Source: Anthoceros angustus
Taxonomy: Eukaryota; Plantae; Anthocerotophyta
Reading direction: 5' to 3'
NCBI GenBank assembly: GCA_010909165.1
Contig: VJWM01000116.1
Coordinates: forward strand, 186,001 to 250,000
Length of the DNA: 64,000 bases
Under the pieces are notes generated by a model. That model did no database searches. It saw only the letters and a program-made list of their open reading frames with translations, and was not told the DNA's origin. Below are positions 35,301 through 47,161 of this stretch, in pieces. Position 1 is the stretch's first letter, and every line of letters starts with the position of its first letter. Position numbers and translations under genes: made by a program.

Positions 35301-36269
35301 CGAACCTGGCTTGCACTATGGCCGGGTAATGCTCTATCCCAGGATGCCAGGGTGCAGAACACTCGGTAGGTGACGTTTTCAGCTTGATTGGAAAATCCTC
35401 TGTGTCCACCAGGTTAGGCTAAGGTGCACTTTCAGAGAGGAGCCACTTCCTGTCCACCATTTGCTGTCTGGGAGAGGAATGTCCGCTAGCGCTGGAAGAA
35501 GTGGATGTGATTTGAATGTGAGCATTCACACTTCCAACTATCAACCAGCAGTCACCTAGTCTTTGAAACTAGTCCAGGCCCTAGCTCTTAGCCTGTGAAA
35601 TCTGGATAGGCCGACTCGTTTTGACTATCCTTGTGTATAGCCAGCCTGTGGCACCGTCTCTTGTTCTCATCTAGCGTCCTGTTTCAGGCCGAGGAAACGG
35701 GAAGGGACGACGGCCAGGATTCGTGCTTGTTCTGCGGTATGCAAGACACAAGGTTCGTGGACGGCGACATGTTGGACTTGCATTTCTGCCAGACGTGTCC
35801 GATGCTGACGAGCTGCACAAACTGTCGGCAAATTGTGGAGATCGCTACCTTGAAGGAGCATTTTCTGTACGAATGTACAGCAGGCAAGAGGTATGTTTCC
35901 GTTAGTTCGATCTCGCCAGCTTGCGCTAGATGTCATTCTTCGCTACATCGATCTCTACAGTTTCTGTCAGACCTCATTCTTCCCTTCAGCGATCTCCACA
36001 GTTTCCGCTATTCTCATTCTATTCCGCATCGATCTTGTCTTTCAAGCAGATACCTGGAATGCCAGAGGTGCTTACAGGCAATCCCGGAAGCGCGCGTTGC
36101 GCTTCACATGAAGGGAAAAGAGTGCCGGCGCTCCAAGCACCCCAGGACAACGCGCTGTCCCCTGTGTCAACACACGGTCCAGCCAGGGGATGTAGGTTGG
36201 AGAGATCATCTCCTGAGGCCTCCAGGCTGTGCCAAAAACGCCAGAACTGCTCCACAATTGCCAAAGTGA
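29380..36269 (+). CDS. CEP104: Centrosomal/ciliary-tip protein CEP104 homolog (multi-exon)
   Basis: N-terminal jelly-roll motifs (VAFSVVSCSSQ, GWQSAR|FCYYPQELVV, IPSKVEIYVG, RLG|YFSLDPNDRSGHQARELKSIHV), EEDYDxAKxLK coiled coils, a TOG-like region (CLYSKQWQLRD, LIEKMGDSNARIK) and C-terminal zinc fingers (CLFCG...HFCQTCPMLTSC, RCPLCQ...WRDHL). Start is ATG 29380 or 29446. Confidence 0.85.
32225..32420 (+). repeat. Coding tandem repeat, 63 bp (21 aa) x3, in CEP104
   Basis: ELVQFPENRKENIRQSFDGRM / ELVQFAGDRKENVRQSFDGRP / ELVQFAGDRKENVRQSLDGRT in ORF 32225-32608. Confidence 0.9.
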
Positions 36270-36669
36270 TACTGCTCTGTTCTCTTCTCTTCTCTATGTA
36301 ACAGCTCCCTTGCAACGCGCTGTGCATGTGATCTGATCGTACGCAGAGGAGAGGAAGATTCCGATCCAGATCCGCAGCGACAGGAAGACCATGGTCGCTA
36401 AAACGCGCTTGAAACGGGCATTTCGTTTAACGAAAACGGGGTTGCGGAGCTTGTGGTTGTGGTTACAGGGACGAAGGGAGCGGCTTCTGTGCGCCGCAGA
36501 AAATTGCGTAATTCTGTGAGCGAGGCGAGGGAAGCGAGCTTATTCCGTGCGCCAATGGCAGCTCAGATGGAGTGGCACGGCAGCTAGAAGGGGGGGTTCC
36601 GGAGACTGGGCCTGGCCTCGTCACCGGCCGCAGTGCGATATAGAGGAGCTCCATGTGCAGGCCGCAGCC

Positions 36670-38904
36670 ATGGCTGCCTCCGCGTCTCCTGCTCTGCTGA
36701 ATGCGCACGCTCTGGGCTGGGCTGCGAGTAATGGCGTGGTGGCGCGGCCAGCCCAGCCGGATTTCGTGCGCTGGAAGGGCCGGGGGAGGCTGCCTCGGCT
36801 GCGGCTGCGAATGGAGGCCCAGATGACCGCAACCGAGGAGGCGCAGGCCCCGGAGGAGGAGCGGGCTCGCAGCAATGGCGCGGCTAACGGGGCTGCGAAT
36901 GCCGTGCAGGTGCGGGGGGAGAGCAATGGGGCAGCCCTGCTAAACGGGAGAGGGAGGGGGAGCGGGTACGGGAACGGGAACGGGGCGGCGAACGGGGTGG
37001 TGCTGGAGGCGGAGGTGGTGGATGCGGTGGAGGGGAACAAGGTGGAGGCCATCGGGCAGGAGGATCCATGGTTCAAGAAGGCCGGGAGCGGGGCCAGGGT
37101 GTCGGTGGTGGCTGGGGGGCGGTGGAATAAATTCAAGACGTATTCTACGGTGCAGCGGACGCTGGAGATCTGGGGGTTCGTGTTCTCCTTTATCTTCAAG
37201 GCGTGGCTGAACAACCGGAAGTTCATGTACCGCGGGGGAATGACGGAGGAGAAGAAGAAGGCCAAGAGGAAGGTGCTGGCGAAGTGGTTGAAGGAGGGGC
37301 TGTTGAGGCTGGGCCCGACGTTTATCAAGATCGGGCAGCAGTTCTCTACCCGGGTGGATATCCTGGCTCCAGAGTATGTGGAGCAGTTGGCGGAGCTGCA
37401 GGACCAGGTGCCGCCGTTTGAGTCTGCCACGGCCGTCAAAATTGTGGAGGAGGAGCTGGGTAAGCCGGTGGAGGAGGTGTTTGAGAGGTTCGATCGGGAT
37501 CCCATCGCGGCGGCCAGTTTGGGGCAGGTGCACCGGGCGAGGCTGAATGGGGAGGAAGTGGTGATCAAGGTGCAGCGCCCGGGGCTGAAGGAGCTCTTCG
37601 ACATCGATCTTAAGAACCTGCGGGTGATTGCGGAGAATTTGCAGAAGCTGGACCCCAAGTCGGATGGTGCTAAGAGGGACTGGGTGGCTATTTATGATGA
37701 ATGCGCTAATGTGCTGTACGAGGAGATCAATTACTGCACGGAGGCAGCCAATTCGGAGCTGTTCGCCAAGAATTTCAAGGACTTGGAGTATGTGAAGGTG
37801 CCCAAGGTGTATTGGGAACTTACCACTCCGCAGGTGCTGACTATGGAGTATGTTCCCGGGATCAAGATCAATAGGATAGAGGCTCTGGATCAGCTGGGAG
37901 TGGACAGGCAGAAGCTGGCCAGGTATGCAGTGGAGTCTTATTTGGAACAGATTCTGCGGCACGGCTTCTTCCACGCCGACCCACATCCTGGGAATATCGC
38001 TGTGGACGATGCCAACGGCGGGAGGTTGATCTTCTACGACTTCGGGATGATGGGGAGCATCAGCTCCAACATCAGAGAGGGGTTGCTCGAGGCGTTCTAC
38101 GGGGTGTACGAGAAGGACCCCAACAAGGTGCTGGCTGCCATGGTGCAGATGGGCGTGCTGGTGCCCACTGGGGACATGACTGCCATCCGCCGGACAGCCG
38201 TCTTCTTCCTCAACAGCTTTGAGGAGCGTCTGGCTGCGCAGAGGTTGGAGAAGGAGCAGGCAACCGCCGAGTTGGGCTTCAAGAAGCCCCTCACGAGGGA
38301 GGAGGCGGTGGAGAAGAAGAAGCTGAGGCTTGCTGCCATCGGGGAGGATCTGTTGTCCATCGCCGTGGACCAGCCGTTCCGTTTCCCGGCCACCTTCACC
38401 TTCGTGGTGCGTGCCTTCTCTGTGCTGGACGGCATCGGCAAGGGCCTGGACCCGCGCTTCGACATCACAGAGATCGCCAAGCCTTACGCGCTAGAGCTTC
38501 TGCAGTTCCGGGAGGTGGGCATCAGCGTGTTCTTCAAGGAGGTGAAGAAGGGGTGGGAGAGGCAGGCCCGCGCCGTTGCCAATCTTGTCCGCCAGCCGGA
38601 GCGGGTGGAGAAGCTGGCAGAAGTCATCCAGCGGCTGGAGCAAGGTGATCTGAAGCTGCGGGTACGCACGCTCGAATCGGAGCGTGCCTTCAAGCGGGTG
38701 GCAGCAGTGCAGCAGGCCACAGGTCAGGCCATTCTGGCTGCAACCTGCCTCAACCTGGCCACCATGCTCTACCTTCATAGTGTCAGGGTTCCAGCCATAG
38801 CCGGCTTCAGCGCCAGTGCCCTGCTGGGCCTCCAGGTCCTTGTGGGCCTGTTCAAGATAAGGAGACTGGACAATCAAGAGAAGCTCGTGACCGGCACTAC
38901 CTAG
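36670..38904 (+). CDS. ABC1K8: Chloroplast ABC1 atypical kinase ABC1K8/OSA1-like, intronless CDS
   Basis: One uninterrupted ORF with [67 protein letters not shown] and FYDFGMMG. The Ala/Arg-rich transit-peptide-like start is ATG 36670. Confidence 0.9.
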   Translation: MAASASPALLNAHALGWAASNGVVARPAQPDFVRWKGRGRLPRLRLRMEAQMTATEEAQAPEEERARSNGAANGAANAVQVRGESNGAALLNGRGRGSGYGNGNGAANGVVLEAEVVDAVEGNKVEAIGQEDPWFKKAGSGARVSVVAGGRWNKFKTYSTVQRTLEIWGFVFSFIFKAWLNNRKFMYRGGMTEEKKKAKRKVLAKWLKEGLLRLGPTFIKIGQQFSTRVDILAPEYVEQLAELQDQVPPFESATAVKIVEEELGKPVEEVFERFDRDPIAAASLGQVHRARLNGEEVVIKVQRPGLKELFDIDLKNLRVIAENLQKLDPKSDGAKRDWVAIYDECANVLYEEINYCTEAANSELFAKNFKDLEYVKVPKVYWELTTPQVLTMEYVPGIKINRIEALDQLGVDRQKLARYAVESYLEQILRHGFFHADPHPGNIAVDDANGGRLIFYDFGMMGSISSNIREGLLEAFYGVYEKDPNKVLAAMVQMGVLVPTGDMTAIRRTAVFFLNSFEERLAAQRLEKEQATAELGFKKPLTREEAVEKKKLRLAAIGEDLLSIAVDQPFRFPATFTFVVRAFSVLDGIGKGLDPRFDITEIAKPYALELLQFREVGISVFFKEVKKGWERQARAVANLVRQPERVEKLAEVIQRLEQGDLKLRVRTLESERAFKRVAAVQQATGQAILAATCLNLATMLYLHSVRVPAIAGFSASALLGLQVLVGLFKIRRLDNQEKLVTGTT

Positions 38905-40348
38905 CCTCCGCAATTTTCATGCTCGTCCTCTCCATTTATCTAAGATCACTGAGGGTTGACACCTCAGAATGTACCATATGATCCATCAATAGAAACCTTG
39001 GCTACCTTGCCTACAAACTCACACGATGCGCGATGCTGTGAACAAACATACATACAGGATGTCGTGCACAGGATGGTGCGGACAGGCATGCACGCGCAAC
39101 TCGACTCTGGCTTCGCTTGCTAAGCAGGCGCGTGAAGATAAACAAGGGCTCCGGTAGATTTGTTTGGTTTCATTCCCCGAGGCATTGTATTAATCTGCTG
39201 GCAAATAACAGCTGCCCAGTGTTGCACCGGACAATCCCAGCAGCTTCAAAGCGGAACAATGGATACAACATTCAGTTTCCGGGCTCCAACAATTATCCGT
39301 GGTCTACGAGCTTCACCTTGGTAAAGATAAGCTTCCACGAGTCGCAGCAAGTACCAGATGCATGCATTGTTCCACCAGTATCTGGTCTGGCAGGGACGTC
39401 TTTTTGCACCCTTCTCCCTAAGCTGAGATATCCTGCAAATTTCTCCAGACCATTTCGTCAACTTTCCTGCGCACCAAACGAGTGGCAAACATGTCTCAGC
39501 AAAGTCTGCGGAGCTTGAATGCCGGCCAGCAACTATGACGAGGGGAAACAAGCTTACCTGCATTGTTTAACAGAACCACAACCAGGCTGCAGACATTGCT
39601 TCATTGCGAATAATTGGCAAAAGGCTATTCCTTCCAGCATAGATGCACGGGGTGGATCTGAGGCATCCAGTTCAGTTGTAGCAATTCTGGACAGGTATAA
39701 CCTGAAACAAAACGAGGGCAGTCAGGACCAGGAACACTCCAGCGGTTCAAACACTCTTCAGAACATCAGCCCCATGACACAAGTGGCGTTTCCTTCAGAA
39801 GGAACCACAGACGTCCTACTAGCACCTGATGTACAACACCGGACATACACCTGACAATATCGCATCTCCCATTCTAAACTGAACAATGAAAAGACATGCA
39901 AAAAACGGATGTATGCCATGTCTCACCGAAAGCTCAACTCAGCGTGCCCAGTTGATTTTCGCCATCCTCTCTGCCACATAAATAATTTGGCTGCATTTTC
40001 TTGATATACGTAGACACACGCATAGGGTCATGCTATAACCTAATGTCCATACCCGTCCTGTCCACCCACAGCATGTTTTGATTTTCCAATTTGTCCTGTA
40101 TTTTGAAGAGCCCTCCAAGAACTGTCCTTTGCTGCTCAGGCTCCTCCTTGACATCATGCCATGCCCTGCCATCCGCCATAACGAGATGAAGCCAATTGTA
40201 CAGCACACAAGCAATGGTGCATGCACGAGGCGCTGTAAAACCAGCGAGGTACGTCTGTAACAATCAGAAATAGCTGAACGTAAACATCGAAGCTACCTTG
40301 GAAGACATGAGACAGCAGTTCGGGGGACATGAAACCTGCTGCACAGCT

Positions 40349-43243
40349 CTAAATCTCATCAAGAGACGTGCTGAGATCATGTGCAGCTTTTGCTAATTGA
40401 CCTCCTCTCCTGGTCAGCGGAACTAGGCTCTGCCTTATTGACTGCAGCTTTTCATAGCACACTTTGCAGCACTCCTGCCGTCTCTCTGCTTCAAGGTCAA
40501 CACCTACTGCAGGAGGAGCAACCCGTGTAGAGTGAATAGTAGTGCCAAAGTTTGTAACTAACATGGATAGTAGTGCAACTCCCGTCAACAGATACTTTTC
40601 ATGTTCACTGGTAAGCAGCTGATTAATAGAAGGAAGCAGCATGGAACATATTTCCAACGTGAAAGAATCGCACTTTGCCATGAGCACATTTACAACATCA
40701 ATGAGAACAGATGGGTCCGCAACTTTAGCCAGGGCCTCCACAGCACCCCTCAAATCATCCCTGGCCAGGAATCTCTGCACAACTTGCATATTTGTGAGAC
40801 GGGACAGCAGAATGCTAGATACAGTCTGGTGCTGTTGCATCAACTCCTTGATAAGATCAACATCATTCACTGATGAGTCAGATCGATCAGTTAAGCTCCC
40901 CTTTGGAGCAAAGGCATTCATATCCAGCCCGAGTGGCTTCAGTCCATTCTCACCAAAAGAATTTGTCCTCTCTAATCGGCCGCCTTTGCTCCCAAAGGCA
41001 TCGGCATCAGCACCAAACCCTTTGCCTCCATTTTGAAATGCACTGACTTTCGATAAGGCAGATCTTGCTCCTCCAATCAAAAAACTGTGATCCTCCACTT
41101 TCACAATGCCTCTTGTCGGTGTAGCAGGCTTAAAGGAGTCCATCTGCGAGACACGAGGAGATGAATTCATAACCTCAAATGCTACAGGCCGTTTCACAAC
41201 AACATCACTGGGCTTCCTGGCATCACCAGTTCCCAGATGTCGAGGAAGATGGTCCCTGTTGTTCAGTCTGTTCCCTGAGTCAGGAAACAGGCTCTCCCTG
41301 ATGCTGCTCACTTTAACGCCACCATCACTTGCTTGCTGGCCAACATGATCCCTGCTGTTGTTTGGTCGCTCAGGAAACAGTAATTCTTTGATGCTGCTCA
41401 CTCTGTTGCCACTTCCATTGGCTGGCTGAGTCTGGTGGTCCCTGCCGATACTTAATCTTGCCCCAGATTCATGAAAGAGCTGTTCCCTGATGCTAATCAC
41501 TTTACTGCCACCATCATTTGCTTGTTCTGTAGAATTATCCTTGCTACTGCTTAGTCTGGTGCTTGGTTCAGGGAATAGCTGTTCTCGTATACTGGCAACT
41601 TTACCACCACCATCATTTCCCTGCTGGACAGTGCAATCCCTACCTGTGACTGGATGTTTTTCATCATCGGTAGTGTGCTGGTGAGCAACATCCTTCAAAG
41701 CTTCCTGATTTACCTGCACAGTGGCTTGCTGTGTTACATGAACAACCTTGGCATCCTCACCCGGCTGAGGATGGTGACTCCTACCCTTACTGAACGCTTC
41801 ATCATCTGGTTGTTGAGTACTCTGCTCTCTACTGCCGGGCATTATTTTCTCTCTGTCACTCACTTGTTGCAAAATGAACTCATTGCTAGTATACACAATA
41901 TTACCCCCATTAGCCAACAACTTCGTTGAGCTGTCTCTACTACTGCTTAGCTTCTCTGCCCCATTCCTCACCTGCTGAACAGGAAACTCTTCACTAGCAC
42001 TCCGCTTGCTAGTATCATCCGGCTCTTGCTGAACTAGAAGGTCTCTTGTCTTCGTCTCCTTGCTGATGCTCAATCTGATTCCTCCATCATCCGCTTGTTG
42101 GGACCTACTTGCAAAATTCTGCCTCGTCAGTCCATCAGCCGCATGGTAACTAAGAAGATCTCTACCTGTGGTCACCTTGGTAACCTCCTTTACTTGTTCA
42201 GAAGGTTGTTCTCGGTCAACACTCATCCTGGTGATCCCTTCGCCAACTTGCTGGAGATCTCTACTGGTTAGCAGTTTGGGACTACGAAAAGAAAAACTGC
42301 TCCTAGGACTACCAAACCCACGGGCGACCCCTGCCCCATGGGGAGCAACATGTGCCAGGTCCACCACCCAGACACCGACACAGCTTTGATTATAAGAGCA
42401 CCCAAGAAGTTTGCCTTCAGAGATGGATAAGTCGGCAAGTTTGGACCAGCCCACCTCAACAACATCATGACACCTCAGGGGCTCCCAGGAGTAAACCTTC
42501 AAGGTCTCATGTAAACCATAAAGCACAGTTTGGCCATCAGGATGGAAAACAAGTGAGCGCACACCAGTTGGCTCAGGTCCAGCACACCCGATAGTGGCAA
42601 ACGTTTCCAGGTCCACAAACTTAACAGTCCTGTCCGCAGAGCCAGTGGCAAGCAGAAATTCCTGGGGATGAAAATCAAGACACTGCACCTGGCCATCATG
42701 ATGCTTGAACTCATGGATGAGCTTTCCAGCAGTCAAGTCCCACAGCTTCACCACGTTGTCTTCCCCACCTGAGACAACCCATCGACCATCGGGACTAAAC
42801 CTCACGGAATTCACACCCTTGGTATGTCCTTTGTAAGTGTGGATGCATCCCTTCCTCCTGACATCCCACACTTTAAGGTTGGTGTCAAGAGACCCCGAGG
42901 CAAAAAACTCACCAAACGGATGGAAATCCAGTGCTGTGCAATTGGAGCGATGGCCTGTGAGTGTGCGCACAATCCTTGCCTCCTCAAGGTCCCACAGCTT
43001 GATAGTCCCGCTAGCAGCACCAGCCACAACGAGAGACTCAGTTACATCAAACGTGACTGATTCCACGGCACTGGAATGGCCCGACAGGCTCAAGATGGGG
43101 TTGGGCTTCCCCACGGCCCACATGTTCACCTTGCTGTCCTCCCCTCCAGTGACCAGCACCCTGGACGTCTTCTTCCCGATCTTGACACAGTTGACATTCC
43201 CCGTGTGTGCCACAAACTCCTGTATCTTGTAAGCACGCTTCAT
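40349..43243 (-). CDS. KTN80: Katanin p80 WD40 regulatory subunit (KATNB1-like), intronless CDS
   Basis: [13 protein letters not shown] start (ATG 43243), WD40 repeats ([51 protein letters not shown]), a long linker and a C-terminal con80 domain ([11 protein letters not shown]...[13 protein letters not shown]). Confidence 0.92.
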   Translation of the reverse strand: MKRAYKIQEFVAHTGNVNCVKIGKKTSRVLVTGGEDSKVNMWAVGKPNPILSLSGHSSAVESVTFDVTESLVVAGAASGTIKLWDLEEARIVRTLTGHRSNCTALDFHPFGEFFASGSLDTNLKVWDVRRKGCIHTYKGHTKGVNSVRFSPDGRWVVSGGEDNVVKLWDLTAGKLIHEFKHHDGQVQCLDFHPQEFLLATGSADRTVKFVDLETFATIGCAGPEPTGVRSLVFHPDGQTVLYGLHETLKVYSWEPLRCHDVVEVGWSKLADLSISEGKLLGCSYNQSCVGVWVVDLAHVAPHGAGVARGFGSPRSSFSFRSPKLLTSRDLQQVGEGITRMSVDREQPSEQVKEVTKVTTGRDLLSYHAADGLTRQNFASRSQQADDGGIRLSISKETKTRDLLVQQEPDDTSKRSASEEFPVQQVRNGAEKLSSSRDSSTKLLANGGNIVYTSNEFILQQVSDREKIMPGSREQSTQQPDDEAFSKGRSHHPQPGEDAKVVHVTQQATVQVNQEALKDVAHQHTTDDEKHPVTGRDCTVQQGNDGGGKVASIREQLFPEPSTRLSSSKDNSTEQANDGGSKVISIREQLFHESGARLSIGRDHQTQPANGSGNRVSSIKELLFPERPNNSRDHVGQQASDGGVKVSSIRESLFPDSGNRLNNRDHLPRHLGTGDARKPSDVVVKRPVAFEVMNSSPRVSQMDSFKPATPTRGIVKVEDHSFLIGGARSALSKVSAFQNGGKGFGADADAFGSKGGRLERTNSFGENGLKPLGLDMNAFAPKGSLTDRSDSSVNDVDLIKELMQQHQTVSSILLSRLTNMQVVQRFLARDDLRGAVEALAKVADPSVLIDVVNVLMAKCDSFTLEICSMLLPSINQLLTSEHEKYLLTGVALLSMLVTNFGTTIHSTRVAPPAVGVDLEAERRQECCKVCYEKLQSIRQSLVPLTRRGGQLAKAAHDLSTSLDEI

Positions 43244-44475
43244 GTCGACTTGCTTCCAAGAGCTACAAAATGGGGACCCGCCCAAAACCTCCGCAACCAC
43301 TCTAGGGTTGCCCGTCCCTGCCCCTGCCCCTGCTCCTGCCCCGTCCTGCTAACACTGTTCACCGAGTCCCCCTGTCCTGCGATAACCTACCCACCTGATG
43401 CCACCATGCCAATCCAATCCCCGCTGATCTAATCTCCGGCTCAGTACAAGGGGCCGAGACACAAAAGCAGCCAGCAACCAATCCTCCACCAAGGCAGCTC
43501 TCACCATCCACGGCTTCCTCATGGAATGCAGAGGAGATGGCACCGGAAACCCGCACAACCACGAGGTGATTCTCCCTCTCCGCCCTCCATCAATGCATCT
43601 GCATCGCCCGGGGATGAGAATTCTGCGGGACAGCACAAGCAAGAAAATCCCTTCATCACAAACCGGCAAGCAGGCGAAACCCACAATTCAGTCCCACGGC
43701 AAGCGACGGCAGCGCCATGAGCAGCAAGCACCCACCACCCACAGCCGCAGCACCCTAGGAATTGCATCACACTCACCAGCCCGCCAAGACTCCGATCGGC
43801 GCAATGCCGCATCTAGCATCCCCATGGCACGCCATCCGCGCACGCCCGGATCGGCCAAGAAGACAGCATCTCCGCGCGCGCCACAAGAAGGCGCAGCAAG
43901 CGCGCTTGGTGGGCGGCAGGCAGATCGCGGCCGGATGCAGGCCACAATGCAGGCGCGCACGGATTCAAACGGGCTGCGGAGTGCGTAAACGGAATCCCTG
44001 CCCCTGCCTTCACAAAGAGGGTGGGATGGGCTGGATCCGCAGGCTCCGAGCCGCTCCCGAGTGGCGCGCACCAGGAGGAGAAGAGGCGGCAGACAGGCAG
44101 ACAGCAGGGAGGAAAGGAAGGTGGTGTCTGGACAACCGGGATGGCCGGACAACGCACTCCGCGCGATCCAGCAGGGAGATACAGCCGCTCCCGCCCAACA
44201 AGGTTCCAAGGCGACACATCCCCCGCCCAGGATCCCCCTAAAATTAGCTGGGAATTCCCTTCCTCCAGCAATTCAAACTCCGCGTGCCGTTTGCCAAACC
44301 AAGAAACCAAATCCCACTTACGACTTCCATCAACAGTTGTTCTTCTCCCGCTGTTTAAAATATTCATGTGGCATCGGATGTCATTGTACCCCACAAGCAT
44401 TGAAGGCACGTTCACGCAATCTCTGGCCTGCAAGACGGGGCCCGCTGGAGCTTTAAAGCCGTCAGCTGCTACATA

Positions 44476-45017
44476 CAGTCCACCCCCCCTAATTGGGACT
44501 GGTTCGGAGTGCCTTTAGAGGTCCCATTAAGGGAAGTGTCCCGATTGTATTTTCCCTATTTAAAAATAATAAAAATATTATAAACTTAAAAAAAAATCAA
44601 AAAATACCTAAAAAAAGAAAATTTAAATTTGGATTGATAGGTTTCACTAAAAATAACTTTTAACAGTTCTTTATATAGTTGTTTGAAAGCTAGCACTCTC
44701 TCTAAGCAGCATCAAAAAACCTCTATCTATCATTAAGGAAAAAGCTTAGCTTAAGAGTCTTCAATCACACCTAAAAGTCTATTGTGCTCTCAAATAATAG
44801 ATTCTTTTTTCTTTCTTTTTTTAAATTTTTTTAGTAAAAAAATTAAAAATCCCATTTAGGGAGGTGAAACTAACATGAATGTATGTTTCAAAAGGTCCCA
44901 ATTATCATTTAGGGAAAAGTCCCATTTATTACATTGTAAACTAAAGGGAGTAGGATGGGAGGTCCCATTTAGAGAGGAATCCCATTTATAGAATTCCCAA
45001 TTAGGGGGGGCCGACTG
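44476..45017. mobile_element. 542-bp MITE of the Tc1/mariner-pogo type
   Basis: 23-bp terminal inverted repeats match at 21/23 (CAGTCCACCCCCCCTAATTGGGA vs reverse complement CAGTCGGCCCCCCCTAATTGGGA). TA target-site duplication at 44474-44475 and 45018-45019, AT-rich non-coding core, multiple internal (G)TCCCATTT subrepeats. Confidence 0.88.
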
Positions 45018-45105
45018 TATGTATGGATCTAGGTGATACGTAAGGTAAGTACCTTGATTACAAAACAGCTGCACAGCCAGCGTATCTACCTACATACACT
45101 GCAGC

Positions 45106-46530
45106 CTAGAGGTAGAGTTGGATGAGCTCGTCGCTTACAGCCGAGGGCGTTAACACCCCGAGGTCGGTGAACAGGAGAGTGAGGAACTGGGGTGGCGTGT
45201 AGTCCCTGGCAGAGTTCTCCAAAATCACTGACTCGGGCAGAGGTACAGGGAAGTCGACGTGCCTGGGAGCCGGGGACAGGTCCCTTTGATCCAAGGGGTA
45301 CAGCCGTGCAAACTGCATGCAGATGAAGGAAAACGATGAGCCGTTATGGGGGTCATGGTTTTACGAATAGGGTGCCGTGTGTGGATGTACATACCTTGAA
45401 GCTCTCGGCTGCCACGTACACAGGCTTGTTCATGCTTCTGGCCACCAGGGCGGTCTGGTAGGTGCCGAGCATGTTGATGATGCCCCCGCTCTCCACCACT
45501 CCCTCAGCACCTACGAGGACCATGTCCACCTTCTCCATCATGTAAGCCACTCCTGCATCCAGGATAAGTGTGACGGGGATTCCTACGGAAGCCAGCTCCT
45601 TGGCCATCTCGATGCCAGTGTTATCTGCACGTCCTTCTGCAGGTCATGGCATTCGGTCAGAAGGAAGGCCTGGGAGAAGTGCACCGCAGAGTTTAGGGTT
45701 TGGGATGTTGGCAAGAAGGCTCACCAGTGGAGACAACACTGAAATGCTTTCCGTTCGAGGCTGCGAGCTTGAGCAATGATACTACCACTCTGGAGTAACC
45801 ATGGGTTAAGATGGTGGATCCATCCCGCACAAAGTCTTGGCCGAGCATGGCAATGGTCTGTCGTGCCTGCCAAACATGCAACAAATCGTCATAACCTGTT
45901 TCCTGAGCAGCACAGCCTCAAGAAAACAGATCACAAAGTCCTCCCCCATACCTTAAGCGATATCTCTGCAAACCTTTCCCCACGCTCCATGAGCCGAGCC
46001 TTGCCAGCATCAATATCTTCATACTCCAACGCTGAAGTCCGGGTAACATAGCGCATGAACAGATCGCAGCCTGCAGACAGCGATATGGACGTTTTATCCC
46101 ATGCCTGGTGAGGACGAGACAGCGGCATCCGATCAGAGATAAGAGCAGCATCGCAGGCCTTATCCCTAACACCAATGCAGGCCCTGTCAGAAACCACCTG
46201 GCATCAGGTCCAGGATGTAGGACAGCTCAGGATACTTGCCTTCAAAGCCTCCGCCGCCTTCCGCAGCTCAATTTCGAGCCCCATCATAGTGGAAGCCCGG
46301 GTGCGCTTGATGACAGCGGTGAGAGCCTTGATGGCAGCCACAGCTTCCGCAAACTCAGGCTTGCTGCGCCACAGATTGAATTCATCGATCACGCTGATGG
46401 GACCGCCATTGCCGTCTTCTTCCATGTCCAGAGACCGTGCTTCTGGCTTGGACACACTACGCATGCGGGCATCCTCTGCTTGCCTCAGCCACTCCGAAGT
46501 CACCGGGCCCAAGTTGTCTTTGTACCCCAT
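45106..46530 (-). CDS. EIF2B1: Translation initiation factor eIF2B subunit alpha
   Basis: Five exons (46530-46240, 46104-45952, 45866-45725, 45636-45395, 45312-45106) give AEAVAAIKAL, TSISLSAGCDLFMRYVTRTS, ILTHGYSRVV, VLVGAEGVVESGGIIN, DYTPPQFLTLLFTDLG and AVSDELIQLYL-stop. The first intron has a GC donor. Confidence 0.9.
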
Positions 46531-47161
46531 CTATATCGGGCTCAAGGTCCCAATTCCAGGAGCTGAAGACCTCGATCCTTTTGTCTCCAATATCCTTCCA
46601 ACACGATTGAAAACGTCTCCACAGCAACAATACCCGCAAGTATCGCCTGCAACAATATCGATGCCCAGGTTGCAACCCTCGAAAAACAACTCCCCAGTGT
46701 TGGACTGTGAATCTCAACTTGCCACCAGCTCAACAGCAGTTCTTTTATCTCCTCTTCTTTATCCTGAAACGAAGGTGATGTGCTGATTTGCAAGACCATC
46801 TCTCAGGAGACTCTTGCAGCATTCAGCAAGACATCTCTTTACTCTGCCTGACGGCATCCCATCGCATTAGCTGGGAGCCCACCATGGCCAATCTCCTCAC
46901 CAAAAACCTACACTTGTAATGTTGTCTCGTGGTTCCGTTCCGTTGGACGGCCTATAGCCCCGTGCCGTTATATTTTTTTGTATTTCCATTGTTGATTTTA
47001 CTGCACGTACATACTATATATTTGTCTATGTGTTCTTGTCTTTTCGCGGGGCACAAGGTTTAAGGCGTTTGCTGTTTTGCGGCGACGGGGAAGAAAAACC
47101 TTGAATCACTGCTCGTGGGCTGGGCACAGGATCGCACTAGAAGGCTGATTGTGTCGGCAAG

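Noticed and set aside
36621-37986. Long antisense ORFs (345 and 348 aa) over ABC1K8; similar ones at 25022-25687, 52113-53060 and 59213-60574
   Set aside because: These are shadow frames of GC-rich, codon-biased sense genes, with no recognisable motifs.
43349-44518. Several 110-206 aa ORFs upstream of katanin p80
   Set aside because: GC-rich, low-complexity sequence open in both strands with no known motif; more likely 5' UTR or promoter.
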